The notes beneath the pieces were generated by a model. That model worked only from the letters and a program-made list of their open reading frames with translations, was not told where the DNA came from and ran no database searches. A DNA stretch of 64,000 bases from Roseicyclus sp. (GTDB lineage: Bacteria > Pseudomonadota > Alphaproteobacteria > Rhodobacterales > Rhodobacteraceae), in contig NZ_CBFIIK010000003.1 of NCBI RefSeq assembly GCF_965662675.1, positions 13,401 to 77,400 on the forward strand, read 5' to 3'. Below are positions 51,169 to 60,813 of the stretch, piece after piece. Made by a program: the position numbers and the translations under genes. Each line of letters begins with the position of its first letter. Positions within the stretch are counted from its first letter, which is position 1.

Positions 51169-53667
51169 ATGAAGACCCATGTCAAAGCCCTTGTCGTCGG
51201 CGGCGGTGCCGTCGGCACCTCGATCGCCTATCACCTTGCCCGGGCGGGCTGGGACGATGTCATGCTGCTCGAGCGCGACGAGTTGACCAGCGGCTCGACC
51301 TGGCATGCGGCAGGTCTGTTGCCCTTGTTCAACATGGGCTTCGCGACGAGCCATATCCATGACTACTCGGTCAGGTTCTACAAGACGCTCGAGGCCGAGA
51401 CCGGGCTGAACGCAGGCTTCTCGGTTGTGGGCAATCTCCGCATGGCGCAGACCGATGCGCGCATGGATGAATACATGCTTTATGCCTCGACCGCAGAGAC
51501 GGTGGGCATTCCCTTCGAATGGTTGACGCCCGATGAGATCAAGGCGCGCTGGCCCCTCGTCAGAACCGAGGATCTGAAGGGCGCAATCTATCACCCGACG
51601 GACGGCTACATAAATCCCGCCGATGTGACCATGGCGATGGCCAAGGGCGCGCGCCAGCGGGGTGTGGTGATCGAGCGGAAATGGCAGGTCGATGGCTATG
51701 CATGGACCGGGTCGGACTGGCGCGTGACCTGCACCAAGATGGTGGAAAAGGGCGGCAATCTTGTGCCATCCGATGAGCAGGTGGTGATCACCGCCGAGCA
51801 TGTGGTGACGGCGACCGGCAACCACGCCCAGCGCACGGCACGGCTTTTGGGGATCAAGATCCCCGCCATTCCCGTCGAGCATCAGTATATCGTGACCGAG
51901 CCGGACCCCGCGCTGGTCGACTACCGCAAGACCAATGGCGAGCATCCGGTTTTGCGCGATGCGGATGCCAAATGGTATGTGCGCGAGGAACGCGGCGGCT
52001 GGATCTTGGGCCCCTATGAGCGGAACGCGCCCGCCTGTTTCGAATACAGCGTGCCCGACAGTTTCCGCGCCGATCTCTTTCCGCTCGATCTGGAACGGAT
52101 CGAAGAAGAATACATGAGCATGATCCATCGGCTGCCCTCGTCCGAAACGGTGGGCCTCAAGGATGATTACAACGGCCCGATCTGCTACACCCCCGATGGC
52201 AACCCGCTGGTCGGCCCCGCGCCGGGCCTGCGCAACATGTGGCTGGCCGAAGGGTTCAGTTTCGGCATCACGGCGGCGGGCGGCACGGGTTACTACCTCG
52301 CCCAGATGATGGTCGAAGGCGAGGCCGAGATCGACATGGCCGCCCTTGACCCCAAGCGCTACGGGTCGTGGATGACGACCGAATACGCCGCGCGCAAGAA
52401 CGAGGAATGCTACGAGAACGTCTTTATCCTGCATCATCCGGACGAGGAGCGCGAAGCCTGCCGCCCCCTGCGCACAGCACCCGCCTATGACCGGCAAAAG
52501 GCGCTCGGCGCGCAGTTCGGCCAGGTGAATGGCTGGGAGCGGCCGAATTACTACGGGCCGATCGGCGCGCCCGAAAGCTTCGATCATGACAGCCGCAGCT
52601 TCCGACGCGGCGCATGGTGGGAGTATGCCAAGGCCGAGGCCGCGGCGATCCGCAGCGCGGCGGGCATCATCGATGCCACGGCATTCGCCAAGCATGTGGT
52701 CAAAGGCCCCGGCGCGGCGGCCTTCCTTGATTGGTTCACCACCAACAAGCTACCCAAGGTCGGGCGCATCAACCTGACCTATGCGCTGACCGACACCGGC
52801 ACGACGCGCACCGAATACACGATCATGCGCGAGGAGGAGGACCGCTTCGTCCTGATTTCCGCCGGGGCGTGGCATGCCTATGACCAAGATTACCTGCTCA
52901 AGGCCGTGGCAGACAAGGAGCCCGAGTTCGGCCGGATCGAGGTCGAGGATTGGACCACCCGTTTCGGCGTCTTCGCCTTGGCCGGGCCGAATTCGCGCGC
53001 GATCCTGAACGAATTGGTGCGCGATGCCGATCCGGGATCGGCGCTGTCGAACAAGCGGTTCCCATGGCTGTCCTTGCGCAAGATCGAGCTGGAGATGTGC
53101 CCGGTCGTGGCCGTGCGCGTGGCCTATACGGGCGAGCTGGGCTGGGAATTGCACCACCCGGTCGAGATGGGCCGCTATTTGTGGGATCGATTGATGACGG
53201 TCGGGGCCAAACATGGGCTCAAGCCCGTGGGCGCGCGGGCGCAGAACTGGCTCCGGCAAGAGAAATCCTATCGCGCTTTCGGCACGGAACTGGGCCGTGA
53301 TGCCACCCCGCTGGAGGCTGGGCTCGACCGCTTTGTGGACCTTGGAAAAGAGTTCCGCGGCAAGCAGGCGATGCTGAACAAGGGCCTGCGGTCGGTTTGC
53401 GTGACGCTGCTGATCGACGGGCCAGCGGATGCCGATCCGTGGGGGCGCGAGGCGCTGCTCCATGACGGGGAAAAGATCGGGCGGCTCACCTCGGGCGGGT
53501 ATTCGGTCGCTTTCGGCAAGCAGATCGGCATGGGCTATGTGCGCCCCGATCTGGCCAAGCCGGGCACCAAGCTCAAGGTCCGGATGTTCCGCGCGTTGTG
53601 GGATGCAGTGGTGACCGAGGACAGCCCCTATGACCCGCAGAACGCGGTGATCCGGGTGGATGGCTAG
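51169..53667 (+). CDS. FAD-dependent oxidoreductase with a GcvT-like C-terminal domain (dimethylglycine/sarcosine dehydrogenase family)
   Basis: 832 aa from MKTHVKALVVGGGAVGTS (GAAGGA SD), a DAO domain plus an aminomethyltransferase-fold C-terminus. Confidence 0.85.
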   Translation: MKTHVKALVVGGGAVGTSIAYHLARAGWDDVMLLERDELTSGSTWHAAGLLPLFNMGFATSHIHDYSVRFYKTLEAETGLNAGFSVVGNLRMAQTDARMDEYMLYASTAETVGIPFEWLTPDEIKARWPLVRTEDLKGAIYHPTDGYINPADVTMAMAKGARQRGVVIERKWQVDGYAWTGSDWRVTCTKMVEKGGNLVPSDEQVVITAEHVVTATGNHAQRTARLLGIKIPAIPVEHQYIVTEPDPALVDYRKTNGEHPVLRDADAKWYVREERGGWILGPYERNAPACFEYSVPDSFRADLFPLDLERIEEEYMSMIHRLPSSETVGLKDDYNGPICYTPDGNPLVGPAPGLRNMWLAEGFSFGITAAGGTGYYLAQMMVEGEAEIDMAALDPKRYGSWMTTEYAARKNEECYENVFILHHPDEEREACRPLRTAPAYDRQKALGAQFGQVNGWERPNYYGPIGAPESFDHDSRSFRRGAWWEYAKAEAAAIRSAAGIIDATAFAKHVVKGPGAAAFLDWFTTNKLPKVGRINLTYALTDTGTTRTEYTIMREEEDRFVLISAGAWHAYDQDYLLKAVADKEPEFGRIEVEDWTTRFGVFALAGPNSRAILNELVRDADPGSALSNKRFPWLSLRKIELEMCPVVAVRVAYTGELGWELHHPVEMGRYLWDRLMTVGAKHGLKPVGARAQNWLRQEKSYRAFGTELGRDATPLEAGLDRFVDLGKEFRGKQAMLNKGLRSVCVTLLIDGPADADPWGREALLHDGEKIGRLTSGGYSVAFGKQIGMGYVRPDLAKPGTKLKVRMFRALWDAVVTEDSPYDPQNAVIRVDG

Positions 53668-54314
53668 GCCGGGCGGTCGAACACCAAGAGCAGGTTGTTG
53701 GCCGGCATGGGGATGGTTTCGGCATGGGCCAGCCCATGGCGTTGCAGCATCGCGATCACATCGGCCATGTCTTTGTAGCCGATAGCGGGGTCTTGGGCGC
53801 GCAGGGCGGCGTCGAAATCTGCATCGCCTTGGCTGGTCGTGCAGCCATCGCGCAAGAACGGGCCGTAGAGGGCAAAGCGCCCGCCGGGGGCGAGCGCTGC
53901 GGCGACCTCGGCCAGCAAGGTCGTGACCTCAGGCATGGAAATCAGGTGCAACAGGTTGATCAGCACGATCAGATCGGCAGGGCCGTGATCCTTGGTCCAG
54001 CCCGGTTGCGCGGCATCCAGATCGCGCGGGGGCAGGATATTGGGCAAACCGGCATCGGCCACCCATGCCGTGATCGAGGCGCGGCGGGTCGGTTCGGGAT
54101 CGGTCGGCTGCCAGACTATCCCCGGCATGGCGGCGGCGAAGGCGATCACATGCTCGCCGGTGCCCGAGGCGATTTCCAAGGCGCAGCCATGCTGGGGTGC
54201 GATGCGGGTCAATTCGGCGGTGATGGCCTCGCGGTTCCGGAGCGCCGAAGGGGCCGAGATGCGCGGATCGGCGGTTTTCGCGGCCGCATCGGGCAGGTCG
54301 AGCTTGCGGATCAT
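53664..54314 (-). CDS. DUF938-family SAM-dependent methyltransferase-like protein
   Basis: Starts MIRKLD (ATG at 54314, ATGA overlap with the upstream gene); SAPSALRNREAI...LEIASGTGEH pattern. Confidence 0.7.
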   Translation of the reverse strand: MIRKLDLPDAAAKTADPRISAPSALRNREAITAELTRIAPQHGCALEIASGTGEHVIAFAAAMPGIVWQPTDPEPTRRASITAWVADAGLPNILPPRDLDAAQPGWTKDHGPADLIVLINLLHLISMPEVTTLLAEVAAALAPGGRFALYGPFLRDGCTTSQGDADFDAALRAQDPAIGYKDMADVIAMLQRHGLAHAETIPMPANNLLLVFDRPA

Positions 54315-55405
54315 GCCACGCCACCCCGAAACCGCGCGGGCGACAGCGCCGCAACCAGATCGGCGTCCAACTCTGGTACGCGACCTGCGACCAGATCGGC
54401 CACAAGCCGCGAGGCCGCGGGGGCGGTCTGGAACCCGTAGCCGCCCTGCCCCGCGACCCAGACAAAGGCGGGATCGACCGGGTCGGGGCCAAGCACCAGC
54501 AACCGGTCGGGCGCGAAACTCCGCAAGCCTGCCCAAGAGGCTGTCAGCCGCGTGACCTCGGGCGTGACGAAGTCCTGATAGCGGGCGATCCCCTCGGCCA
54601 GTACCATGTCATCGGGCCATGCGTCATGGGGTTCGCTCACCGGGTCTTCCTCGGCGGGTGAGATGATGAGTTGCCCGGCATCGGGCTTGGCATACCATGT
54701 CTCGCCTGCGCCCATCAGCATCGGCCAGTCTGAAATGTCATGGCCGCCCGGCGCGGGGATACGCGCGACCGAGCGGCGCAAGGGCGTGATCCCGATGGGC
54801 GCGATCCCCGCCATTGCGGCGATCTGATCGGCCCAAGCACCGGCGGCATTCACAAGGATGCGGGCCTGATGATCGCCGTTTGTGGTCCTGACACGCCAGC
54901 CGCCCGAGATGCGCGTGATCGCGGTCACAGGCGCGCCTGTTGTCACCTGCCCGTCATGGGCGCGGATATGCCTTGCGAAATGCTGGATCAGCCGGTCGGT
55001 GTCGATATCCCATGCCTCGGTATGGATCGCGGCGGCATGGATCGCGGCGGGGTTCAGGATCGGCACACGCGCCACCGCTTCATCCACCGGGATCGGGGTC
55101 AGATGCATATCGGCGACGTCATGGTCGAATGCCGCCTGCGCGCCCGGCCCGGCCAAGACCATCAGGCCACGCGGGCTGAGAACGCCACCATCAAGGCTGT
55201 CATGATCGGCGCGCGAGGCAAGGTTAAGCGCCACAGTCGCAGGCTTGCCATACTGCGCCTCGTAAAGTGCAGCCGACCGGCCCGAGGCGTGATAGGCAAG
55301 CGCCGCCTCGCCCTCGAGCAGCAGCACCCGGCCCAGTTCGGCCAGCTGCGCCCCGGCGGAGACCCCCGCAATGCCACCGCCGATGATGAGGAAATCATGG
55401 GTCAT
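54311..55405 (-). CDS. FAD-dependent oxidoreductase (DAO family)
   Basis: Starts MTHDFLIIGGGIAGVSAG (ATG at 55405). It has no SD of its own. The upstream in-frame extension was rejected. Confidence 0.8.
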   Translation of the reverse strand: MTHDFLIIGGGIAGVSAGAQLAELGRVLLLEGEAALAYHASGRSAALYEAQYGKPATVALNLASRADHDSLDGGVLSPRGLMVLAGPGAQAAFDHDVADMHLTPIPVDEAVARVPILNPAAIHAAAIHTEAWDIDTDRLIQHFARHIRAHDGQVTTGAPVTAITRISGGWRVRTTNGDHQARILVNAAGAWADQIAAMAGIAPIGITPLRRSVARIPAPGGHDISDWPMLMGAGETWYAKPDAGQLIISPAEEDPVSEPHDAWPDDMVLAEGIARYQDFVTPEVTRLTASWAGLRSFAPDRLLVLGPDPVDPAFVWVAGQGGYGFQTAPAASRLVADLVAGRVPELDADLVAALSPARFRGGVA

Positions 55406-55473
55406 GGGTGGATGGGTGGCATGGCGGCAGGGGTGGTGGCAAGGGGGGGCGATTGAGGCTCTGTTGATGGCAT
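55402..55473 (-). CDS. Candidate 23-codon Pro-rich leader ORF (MPSTEPQSPPLATTPAAMPPIHP)
   Basis: AGGAGG lies 8 nt upstream of the ATG at 55473. The stop TGA overlaps the ATG of the FAD oxidoreductase (ATGA). Confidence 0.3.
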   Translation of the reverse strand: MPSTEPQSPPLATTPAAMPPIHP

Positions 55474-55568
55474 GGATGCCCCCTCCTGACGGCATCGCAA
55501 TGTGCCAATGTGATGTGTGTTGAAGTCATCACAGAAGGAGAGGACATCCATGCCATCAACAGAGCCCC
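55455..55568 (-). ncRNA. Structured leader element: 32-bp stem closing two small hairpins
   Basis: Arms 55455-55486 and 55537-55568 have a 22-bp perfect core. The 3 mismatches become G-U pairs only on the minus-strand RNA. Inner hairpins are TGTGATG/CATCACA and GGCA/TGCC. Confidence 0.45.
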
Positions 55569-55695
55569 CAAAAGAAACCAAAATCTAGGGAAACTCATGG
55601 CGGCAACGATACTTCGTTAACTGGAATATCCCCCCGCGTGGCTCAATCATAAAGTGAAAATTCTTCTGGCATACAAGATCAACATCACCCCCCCC

Positions 55696-56682
55696 TCACA
55701 ACATACTCGGCACAACCAGATCGGGCGGCCTATGGCCATCGGCGAAGGTCTTGATGTTGATCAGCACCTTCTCGCCCATCTCGATGCGGCCCTCTTTCGT
55801 AGCCGATCCCATATGGGGCAAGAGCACCACGTTGGGCAGTTCGCGCAGGCGGGGGTTCACCTCGCGGCCGCGCTCGAAGACGTCGAGGCCCGCGCCGCCG
55901 ATCTCGCCTGCGCGCAGCATGCGGGTCAGCGCGTTCTCGTCGATCACTTCCCCGCGCGAGGTGTTCACGATCACCGCCGAGGGTTTCATCAGCTTCAACC
56001 GCCGCGCGTTGAGCAGGTGGAAGGTCGAGGGCGTGTGCGGGCAATTGATCGAGATCACATCCATCCGCGACAACATCTGGTCAAGGCTGTCCCAATAGGT
56101 CGCCTCGAGCGCGGTCTCGATATCGGCATGAAGGCGGCGGCGGTTGTGGTAATGCACCTGCATCCCAAAGGCACGCGCGCGGCGTGCCACGGCCTGACCG
56201 ATGCGGCCCATGCCCAAGATGCCCAAGCGCTTGCCGCCGACGCGCCCACCCATGAAGGCCGTGGGGGCCCAGCCCTCCCAGCGGCTTTCCTGCATCACCG
56301 CCATCCCCTCGGGCAAGCGGCGCAAGACGGCCAGGATCAGCGCCATCGCCATATCGGCGGTGTCATCGGTCATCACGCCCGGCGTGTTCGACACCAGAAC
56401 GCCGCGCTGGCGGGCCGTCGCCACATCGATATGATCGACGCCTGCGCCGTAATTGGCGATCAGCTTCAGCCGCTCACCCGCCTGCGCCAGCATCGCGCCA
56501 TCGATGCGGTCGGTGATACAAGGCACGATCACATCGGCGCGCGCCATCGCTGCGACAAGCTCCGCCTTGGTCATCGGTACATCCGCGCCGCTAAGTTCGA
56601 CGTTGAACAACTCGCTCATCCGCGTCTCGACGACCTCGGGCAACCGTCGCGTCACGACAACACTCAATCGCTGCGCTGGCAT
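55696..56682 (-). CDS. D-2-hydroxyacid dehydrogenase (glyoxylate/hydroxypyruvate reductase type)
   Basis: 328 aa from MPAQRLSVVVTRRLP, with GILGMGRIGQAVA NAD motif and a catalytic R/E/H pattern. Confidence 0.85.
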   Translation of the reverse strand: MPAQRLSVVVTRRLPEVVETRMSELFNVELSGADVPMTKAELVAAMARADVIVPCITDRIDGAMLAQAGERLKLIANYGAGVDHIDVATARQRGVLVSNTPGVMTDDTADMAMALILAVLRRLPEGMAVMQESRWEGWAPTAFMGGRVGGKRLGILGMGRIGQAVARRARAFGMQVHYHNRRRLHADIETALEATYWDSLDQMLSRMDVISINCPHTPSTFHLLNARRLKLMKPSAVIVNTSRGEVIDENALTRMLRAGEIGGAGLDVFERGREVNPRLRELPNVVLLPHMGSATKEGRIEMGEKVLINIKTFADGHRPPDLVVPSML

Positions 56683-56825
56683 TCGTCGCATCCCCCTGCT
56701 GGCAATCCCGCCTTTCCTCTGACACTCTCGCATCCGAACCGGCGACGCAAGCCGCGCGGCGAGCGCCGGACCGCACCACCCCGCACCCGGCACGGGCAGC
56801 GGGACCAAGGACAGAGACGAGCAGT

Positions 56826-57473
56826 ATGAACAAAGCATGGGTCAGGCCGGGTATGGCCACCGCTCTCACGGCGCTGATCTTCGCCCTGCCCGGCATAGCG
56901 CTGGCCGAGACATCCACGGCGACGCAAGCACCCCAACCGCGGCCGACAAGCGCCACCGCCGCGTTGGTCCCTGCGCCGCAATCGGTTCAACCCGCCGAGG
57001 ATACAGCCGAAAGCGCCGTCCCATCGCCACAGATCACGGGACCGCAGCGCGGCTCGGTGACGGGCTTTCCCATACCGCGTTTCGTCTCGATCAAGGCCTC
57101 CGAGGCCAATGTCAGGCGCGGCCCATCGCGCAGTCACCGCATCGACTGGGTCTTTCAGCGCCGCAATATGCCGGTGATGGTGGTCGCAGAACATGGCCAT
57201 TGGCGGCGCATCATCGACCGCGACGGTGCGGGCGGCTGGGTGCATTACACACTTTTGTCGGGCGAGCGGACCGCCATCGTGACCGCCGAGATGCTGCCGA
57301 TCTACACGCGCCCCGACACCGGCGCGACGATCCGCGCGCGCGCCGAGCGCGACGTCATCGCCGAATTGCGCCAATGCCAAACCGGCTGGTGCGAGATCGA
57401 GGCCGGCGGCTTTCGCGGCTGGGTCGCGGTCTCGGGGCTGTGGGGTGTCGATCCGGACGAGCAGATCGACTGA
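56826..57473 (+). CDS. Secreted SH3b-like (DUF1058) domain protein
   Basis: Signal peptide plus two SH3-like repeats (RFVSIKASEANVRRGPS...GWVH; ...GWCEIEAGGFRGWV). Confidence 0.7.
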   Translation: MNKAWVRPGMATALTALIFALPGIALAETSTATQAPQPRPTSATAALVPAPQSVQPAEDTAESAVPSPQITGPQRGSVTGFPIPRFVSIKASEANVRRGPSRSHRIDWVFQRRNMPVMVVAEHGHWRRIIDRDGAGGWVHYTLLSGERTAIVTAEMLPIYTRPDTGATIRARAERDVIAELRQCQTGWCEIEAGGFRGWVAVSGLWGVDPDEQID

Positions 57474-57516
57474 ACCCCGCAGCCGCCCTCCGCCTGCGTG
57501 AAAGGCCGCCATCCCG

Positions 57517-58680
57517 ATGATCCCCGATCCGACCCCGCAACGTGCCGAGGTTCCCGATGCGCGACTTGGCGCCGCGATGCTGGCCACGCGACTGTCCTTT
57601 CTCGCGGCGGGTTTCGTCATGGCCTGCTGGGCGCCGCTGATCCCCTTCGCCAAGGCACAGGTCGGCGCGGATGAGGGGGTCTTCGGCCTCTTGCTGCTCT
57701 GCCTTGGGGTTGGCGCGATCCTTGCCATGCCGCTGACGGGATATCTGAGTGCGCGCACGGGGGCGCGACCGATGATCTTGCTGGGCGGCTTCGGGCTGGT
57801 CGCGATCTTGCCCTTGCTGGTGCTGGCCCCTTCGGTCTGGGCGCTTGGCCTTGCCTTGGCGCTTTTCGGCGCCGCACTCGGCACCATCGATGTGGCGATG
57901 AACATCCATGCCGCCGAGGTCGAAACCCGCGCCGCGCGCCCGATGATGTCGGGCTTTCACGCGATGTGGAGCGTGGGGGGCATCTTGGGCGCGGGTGGGC
58001 TGACGGCGCTCTTGTCGCTCGGGCTGTCGCCCCTTGGCGCGGCCCTTTTGGGAAGCGGTCTGGCCGGCGTCGCGATGATCTTGGCCGCGCCCCGCCTTTT
58101 GCGGCGATCGGGCGGGGCCAAGCCTGAATTCGTCCGCCCGCGCGGTGTCGTGCTGCTCTTGGCCATCCTTGCCGCGATCTCGTTCCTCGTCGAGGGGGCG
58201 GTGCTGGATTGGGGCGCGCTCCTGATGGTGGCCCAAGGGCTGATGGAGCCGACGGGCGCGGGCATCGGCTACATGCTGTTTTCCATCGCCATGACGATCG
58301 CGCGGCTGACGGGTGACAGGGTCGTCGCAGCCCTCGGGCGCAAACAGGTGATGATCACGGGCGGTCTGATCGCCATGGCGGGCATCGCGCTGACGCTTGT
58401 GCCGGGCGTGCTTTGGCCCGCGCTTTTGGGGTTTGCCCTAATCGGTCTGGGCTGCGCCAATCTTGTGCCGGTTCTCTTCAGCCTTGCCGCGCAAAGCCGC
58501 GACATGGCCCCCGGCATGGCGGTCGCCGCCGTCACCACCACGGGCTATGCGGGCATCTTGCTGGGCCCGGCCCTGATCGGCTTTGCGGCTGACGCGACCA
58601 GCCTTGCCATAGCCTTCGGTGCCTTGGTGGTTGCGATGGCGGCCTTTCCCTTGGCCGCCGCCCGCGCCAGCCGACCCTAG
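57517..58680 (+). CDS. MFS transporter
   Basis: 387 aa with about 12 TM segments. Confidence 0.75.
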   Translation: MIPDPTPQRAEVPDARLGAAMLATRLSFLAAGFVMACWAPLIPFAKAQVGADEGVFGLLLLCLGVGAILAMPLTGYLSARTGARPMILLGGFGLVAILPLLVLAPSVWALGLALALFGAALGTIDVAMNIHAAEVETRAARPMMSGFHAMWSVGGILGAGGLTALLSLGLSPLGAALLGSGLAGVAMILAAPRLLRRSGGAKPEFVRPRGVVLLLAILAAISFLVEGAVLDWGALLMVAQGLMEPTGAGIGYMLFSIAMTIARLTGDRVVAALGRKQVMITGGLIAMAGIALTLVPGVLWPALLGFALIGLGCANLVPVLFSLAAQSRDMAPGMAVAAVTTTGYAGILLGPALIGFAADATSLAIAFGALVVAMAAFPLAAARASRP

Positions 58681-60695
58681 GCCACCCGGTCGAGGCCGCG
58701 CCCCTTCAACAGCGCCTCCACCCCCGGCATCCGGCCACGAAAGGCGGTGTAAAGCTGATCGGCCTCTTGGCTGCCGCCCGCCGACAAGATGAACCGCTCC
58801 AGCCGCGCCGCCGTTTCAGGATCGAAGGGATCGCCCACCTCCTCGAAGGCGGCAAAGGCATCGGCATCCATCACCTCGGACCACATGTAGGAATAATACC
58901 CCGCCGAATAGCCATCGCCCGAGAACACATGCGCAAAATGCGGCGTCGCATGGCGCATTCCGATCGCCGCAGGCATGCCGATGCGCGCAAGCGTCGCGGC
59001 CTCCGCCGCCATCGGGTCGGCGGGCGCGGGGCCGTCATGGAAATCCAGATCGACAAGGGCCGAGGCGACATATTCCACTGTCTGGAACCCCATGTCATAG
59101 GTCCGCGCCGCAAGCAGCCGGTCGCGCAAGGCCACAGGGATCGGCGCGCCGGTCACGGCATGGCGGGCATGGCGATCCAGCACCTCGGGCACCTCCAGCC
59201 AATGCTCGTAAAGCTGGCTGGGCAATTCCACGAAATCGCGCGCCACGCTTGTGCCGCTGATCGAGCCATAGGTCACATCCGATAGCATCTGGTGCAGCGC
59301 ATGGCCGAACTCGTGAAACAACGTGCGCGCATCGTCATAGGACAACAGGCACGGATCGCCCTTGGCGAAATTGCACACATTGACCACGATGGGGCGTACA
59401 TCGCCGCCCAGTTTCTTCTGGCTGCGCATCGCCGAACACCACGCGCCCGACCGTTTCGAGCCGCGCGCGAAATAATCACCCACGAACACCGCCACATGGC
59501 GCCCCCCGCGCGTCACTTCCCATGCCCGCGCATCCGGGTGGTAAAGATCGACATCGAGCGGCCGAAACTCCAACCCGAACAGCCGCGTCGCGCTATCAAA
59601 ACCCGCTTCGATCATCGCATCGAGCTGGAAATAGGGCTTCAGCTCCGCCTCGTTCAGATCATGCTCGGCCAAGCGCCGCTTTTCCGAATAATAGCGCCAA
59701 TCCCACGGCGCGAGCGCGTCATTGATCCCATCGGCATGGAGCATCGCGGTCAGCCGCTCCGCATCAACCTCGGCCTGCGCGCGCGCGGGCGCCCAGACCG
59801 CCATCAACAGATCGCGCACCGCTGCCGGATTGCCCGCCATCTCGGTCTCAAGCTTGTAGGCCGCGAAACTCTCATATCCCAGCAACGCCGCTCGCTCGGC
59901 GCGCAGCGCGAGAATCTCGGCACTCAGCACGCGGTTATCGCTTTCGCCCCCATTCGCCCCCCGCGCAGCCCATGCCCGATAGGCCCGCTCACGCAGATCG
60001 CGCCGGGGCGAGAATTGCAAGAACGGCACGATCAGCGAGCGCGACAGCGTCACCACCGGCCCCGCCTGCCCCTTTTCACGCCCCGCCTCACGCGCGGCCG
60101 CGACCACGAACTCGGGCAGACCCGCCAGATCGGCCTCAGACAGCGCCATGAACCAATCGCGCTCATCGGCCAACAGGTTCTGCGTGAATTGCGTGCCCAA
60201 CACCGCCAACCGCGACTTGACCGCCGTCAACCGATCCCGCGCCGCGCCCTCCAGCGCCGCGCCCGACCGGACAAAGGACCGATGCGTCAGGGTCAGCACG
60301 CGCATCTCTTCATCGCCAAGCCCCAGTTCATCCCGCCGCTGCCACAGATCGTCGACCCGCGCGAAGAGCGCGGCATTATTGGTGATCTCCGATGCATAGG
60401 CCGACAGCATCGGCGCGAAGTCCCGCTGCAACGCATCGCGCGCCGGGTTCGCATCGGCGCCGGACAGGTTGTAGAATACGCCGGCCACCCGGTCGAGCAG
60501 CTGATCGGCCAATTCCAAAGCAGCGATGGTATTGGCGAAGCTGGGCGGCGCGGGGTTCTCGGCAATCGCCGCCACGGCCGCCCGCCCCTCGTCCAAAGCC
60601 GCCGCCATCGCGGGCGCGAAATCCCCATCCGCGATCCGCGCGAAAGGCGGCAGGCCAAAGGGCGTATCCCATGTCTCGAGCAGCGGATTTGTCAT
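58677..60695 (-). CDS. dcp: M3-family peptidyl-dipeptidase Dcp
   Basis: 672 aa, HEFGHALH zinc motif, AAGGAG SD. Confidence 0.88.
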   Translation of the reverse strand: MTNPLLETWDTPFGLPPFARIADGDFAPAMAAALDEGRAAVAAIAENPAPPSFANTIAALELADQLLDRVAGVFYNLSGADANPARDALQRDFAPMLSAYASEITNNAALFARVDDLWQRRDELGLGDEEMRVLTLTHRSFVRSGAALEGAARDRLTAVKSRLAVLGTQFTQNLLADERDWFMALSEADLAGLPEFVVAAAREAGREKGQAGPVVTLSRSLIVPFLQFSPRRDLRERAYRAWAARGANGGESDNRVLSAEILALRAERAALLGYESFAAYKLETEMAGNPAAVRDLLMAVWAPARAQAEVDAERLTAMLHADGINDALAPWDWRYYSEKRRLAEHDLNEAELKPYFQLDAMIEAGFDSATRLFGLEFRPLDVDLYHPDARAWEVTRGGRHVAVFVGDYFARGSKRSGAWCSAMRSQKKLGGDVRPIVVNVCNFAKGDPCLLSYDDARTLFHEFGHALHQMLSDVTYGSISGTSVARDFVELPSQLYEHWLEVPEVLDRHARHAVTGAPIPVALRDRLLAARTYDMGFQTVEYVASALVDLDFHDGPAPADPMAAEAATLARIGMPAAIGMRHATPHFAHVFSGDGYSAGYYSYMWSEVMDADAFAAFEEVGDPFDPETAARLERFILSAGGSQEADQLYTAFRGRMPGVEALLKGRGLDRVA

Positions 60696-60748
60696 ATGCG
60701 AAATCTCCTTCAGATCACGAGATAGGCCAAAGGGGCCGATCCTGCACC

Positions 60749-60813
60749 CCTTCTTCGTTTCAAAAATATCCCGGGGGGAACACCCGGCACGGGTGTGGGG
60801 GGCAGCGCCCCCC
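60749..60813 (-). repeat. Structured repeat, copy E
   Basis: The reverse complement reads GGGGGGCGCTGCCCCCC-ACACCCG/TGC/CGGGTGT-TCCCCCCGGGATATTTTTGAAACGAAGAAGG. It abuts the stop codon of the moeB-like gene. Confidence 0.8.

Noticed and set aside
55395-55598. 67-aa ORF (MSFPRFWFLLGALLMAWM...) spanning the inverted repeat.
   Set aside because: It has no SD and atypical composition. Its sequence is dictated by the palindrome arms and it runs 11 nt into the FAD-oxidoreductase gene. The short SD-preceded uORF in another frame is a better explanation.
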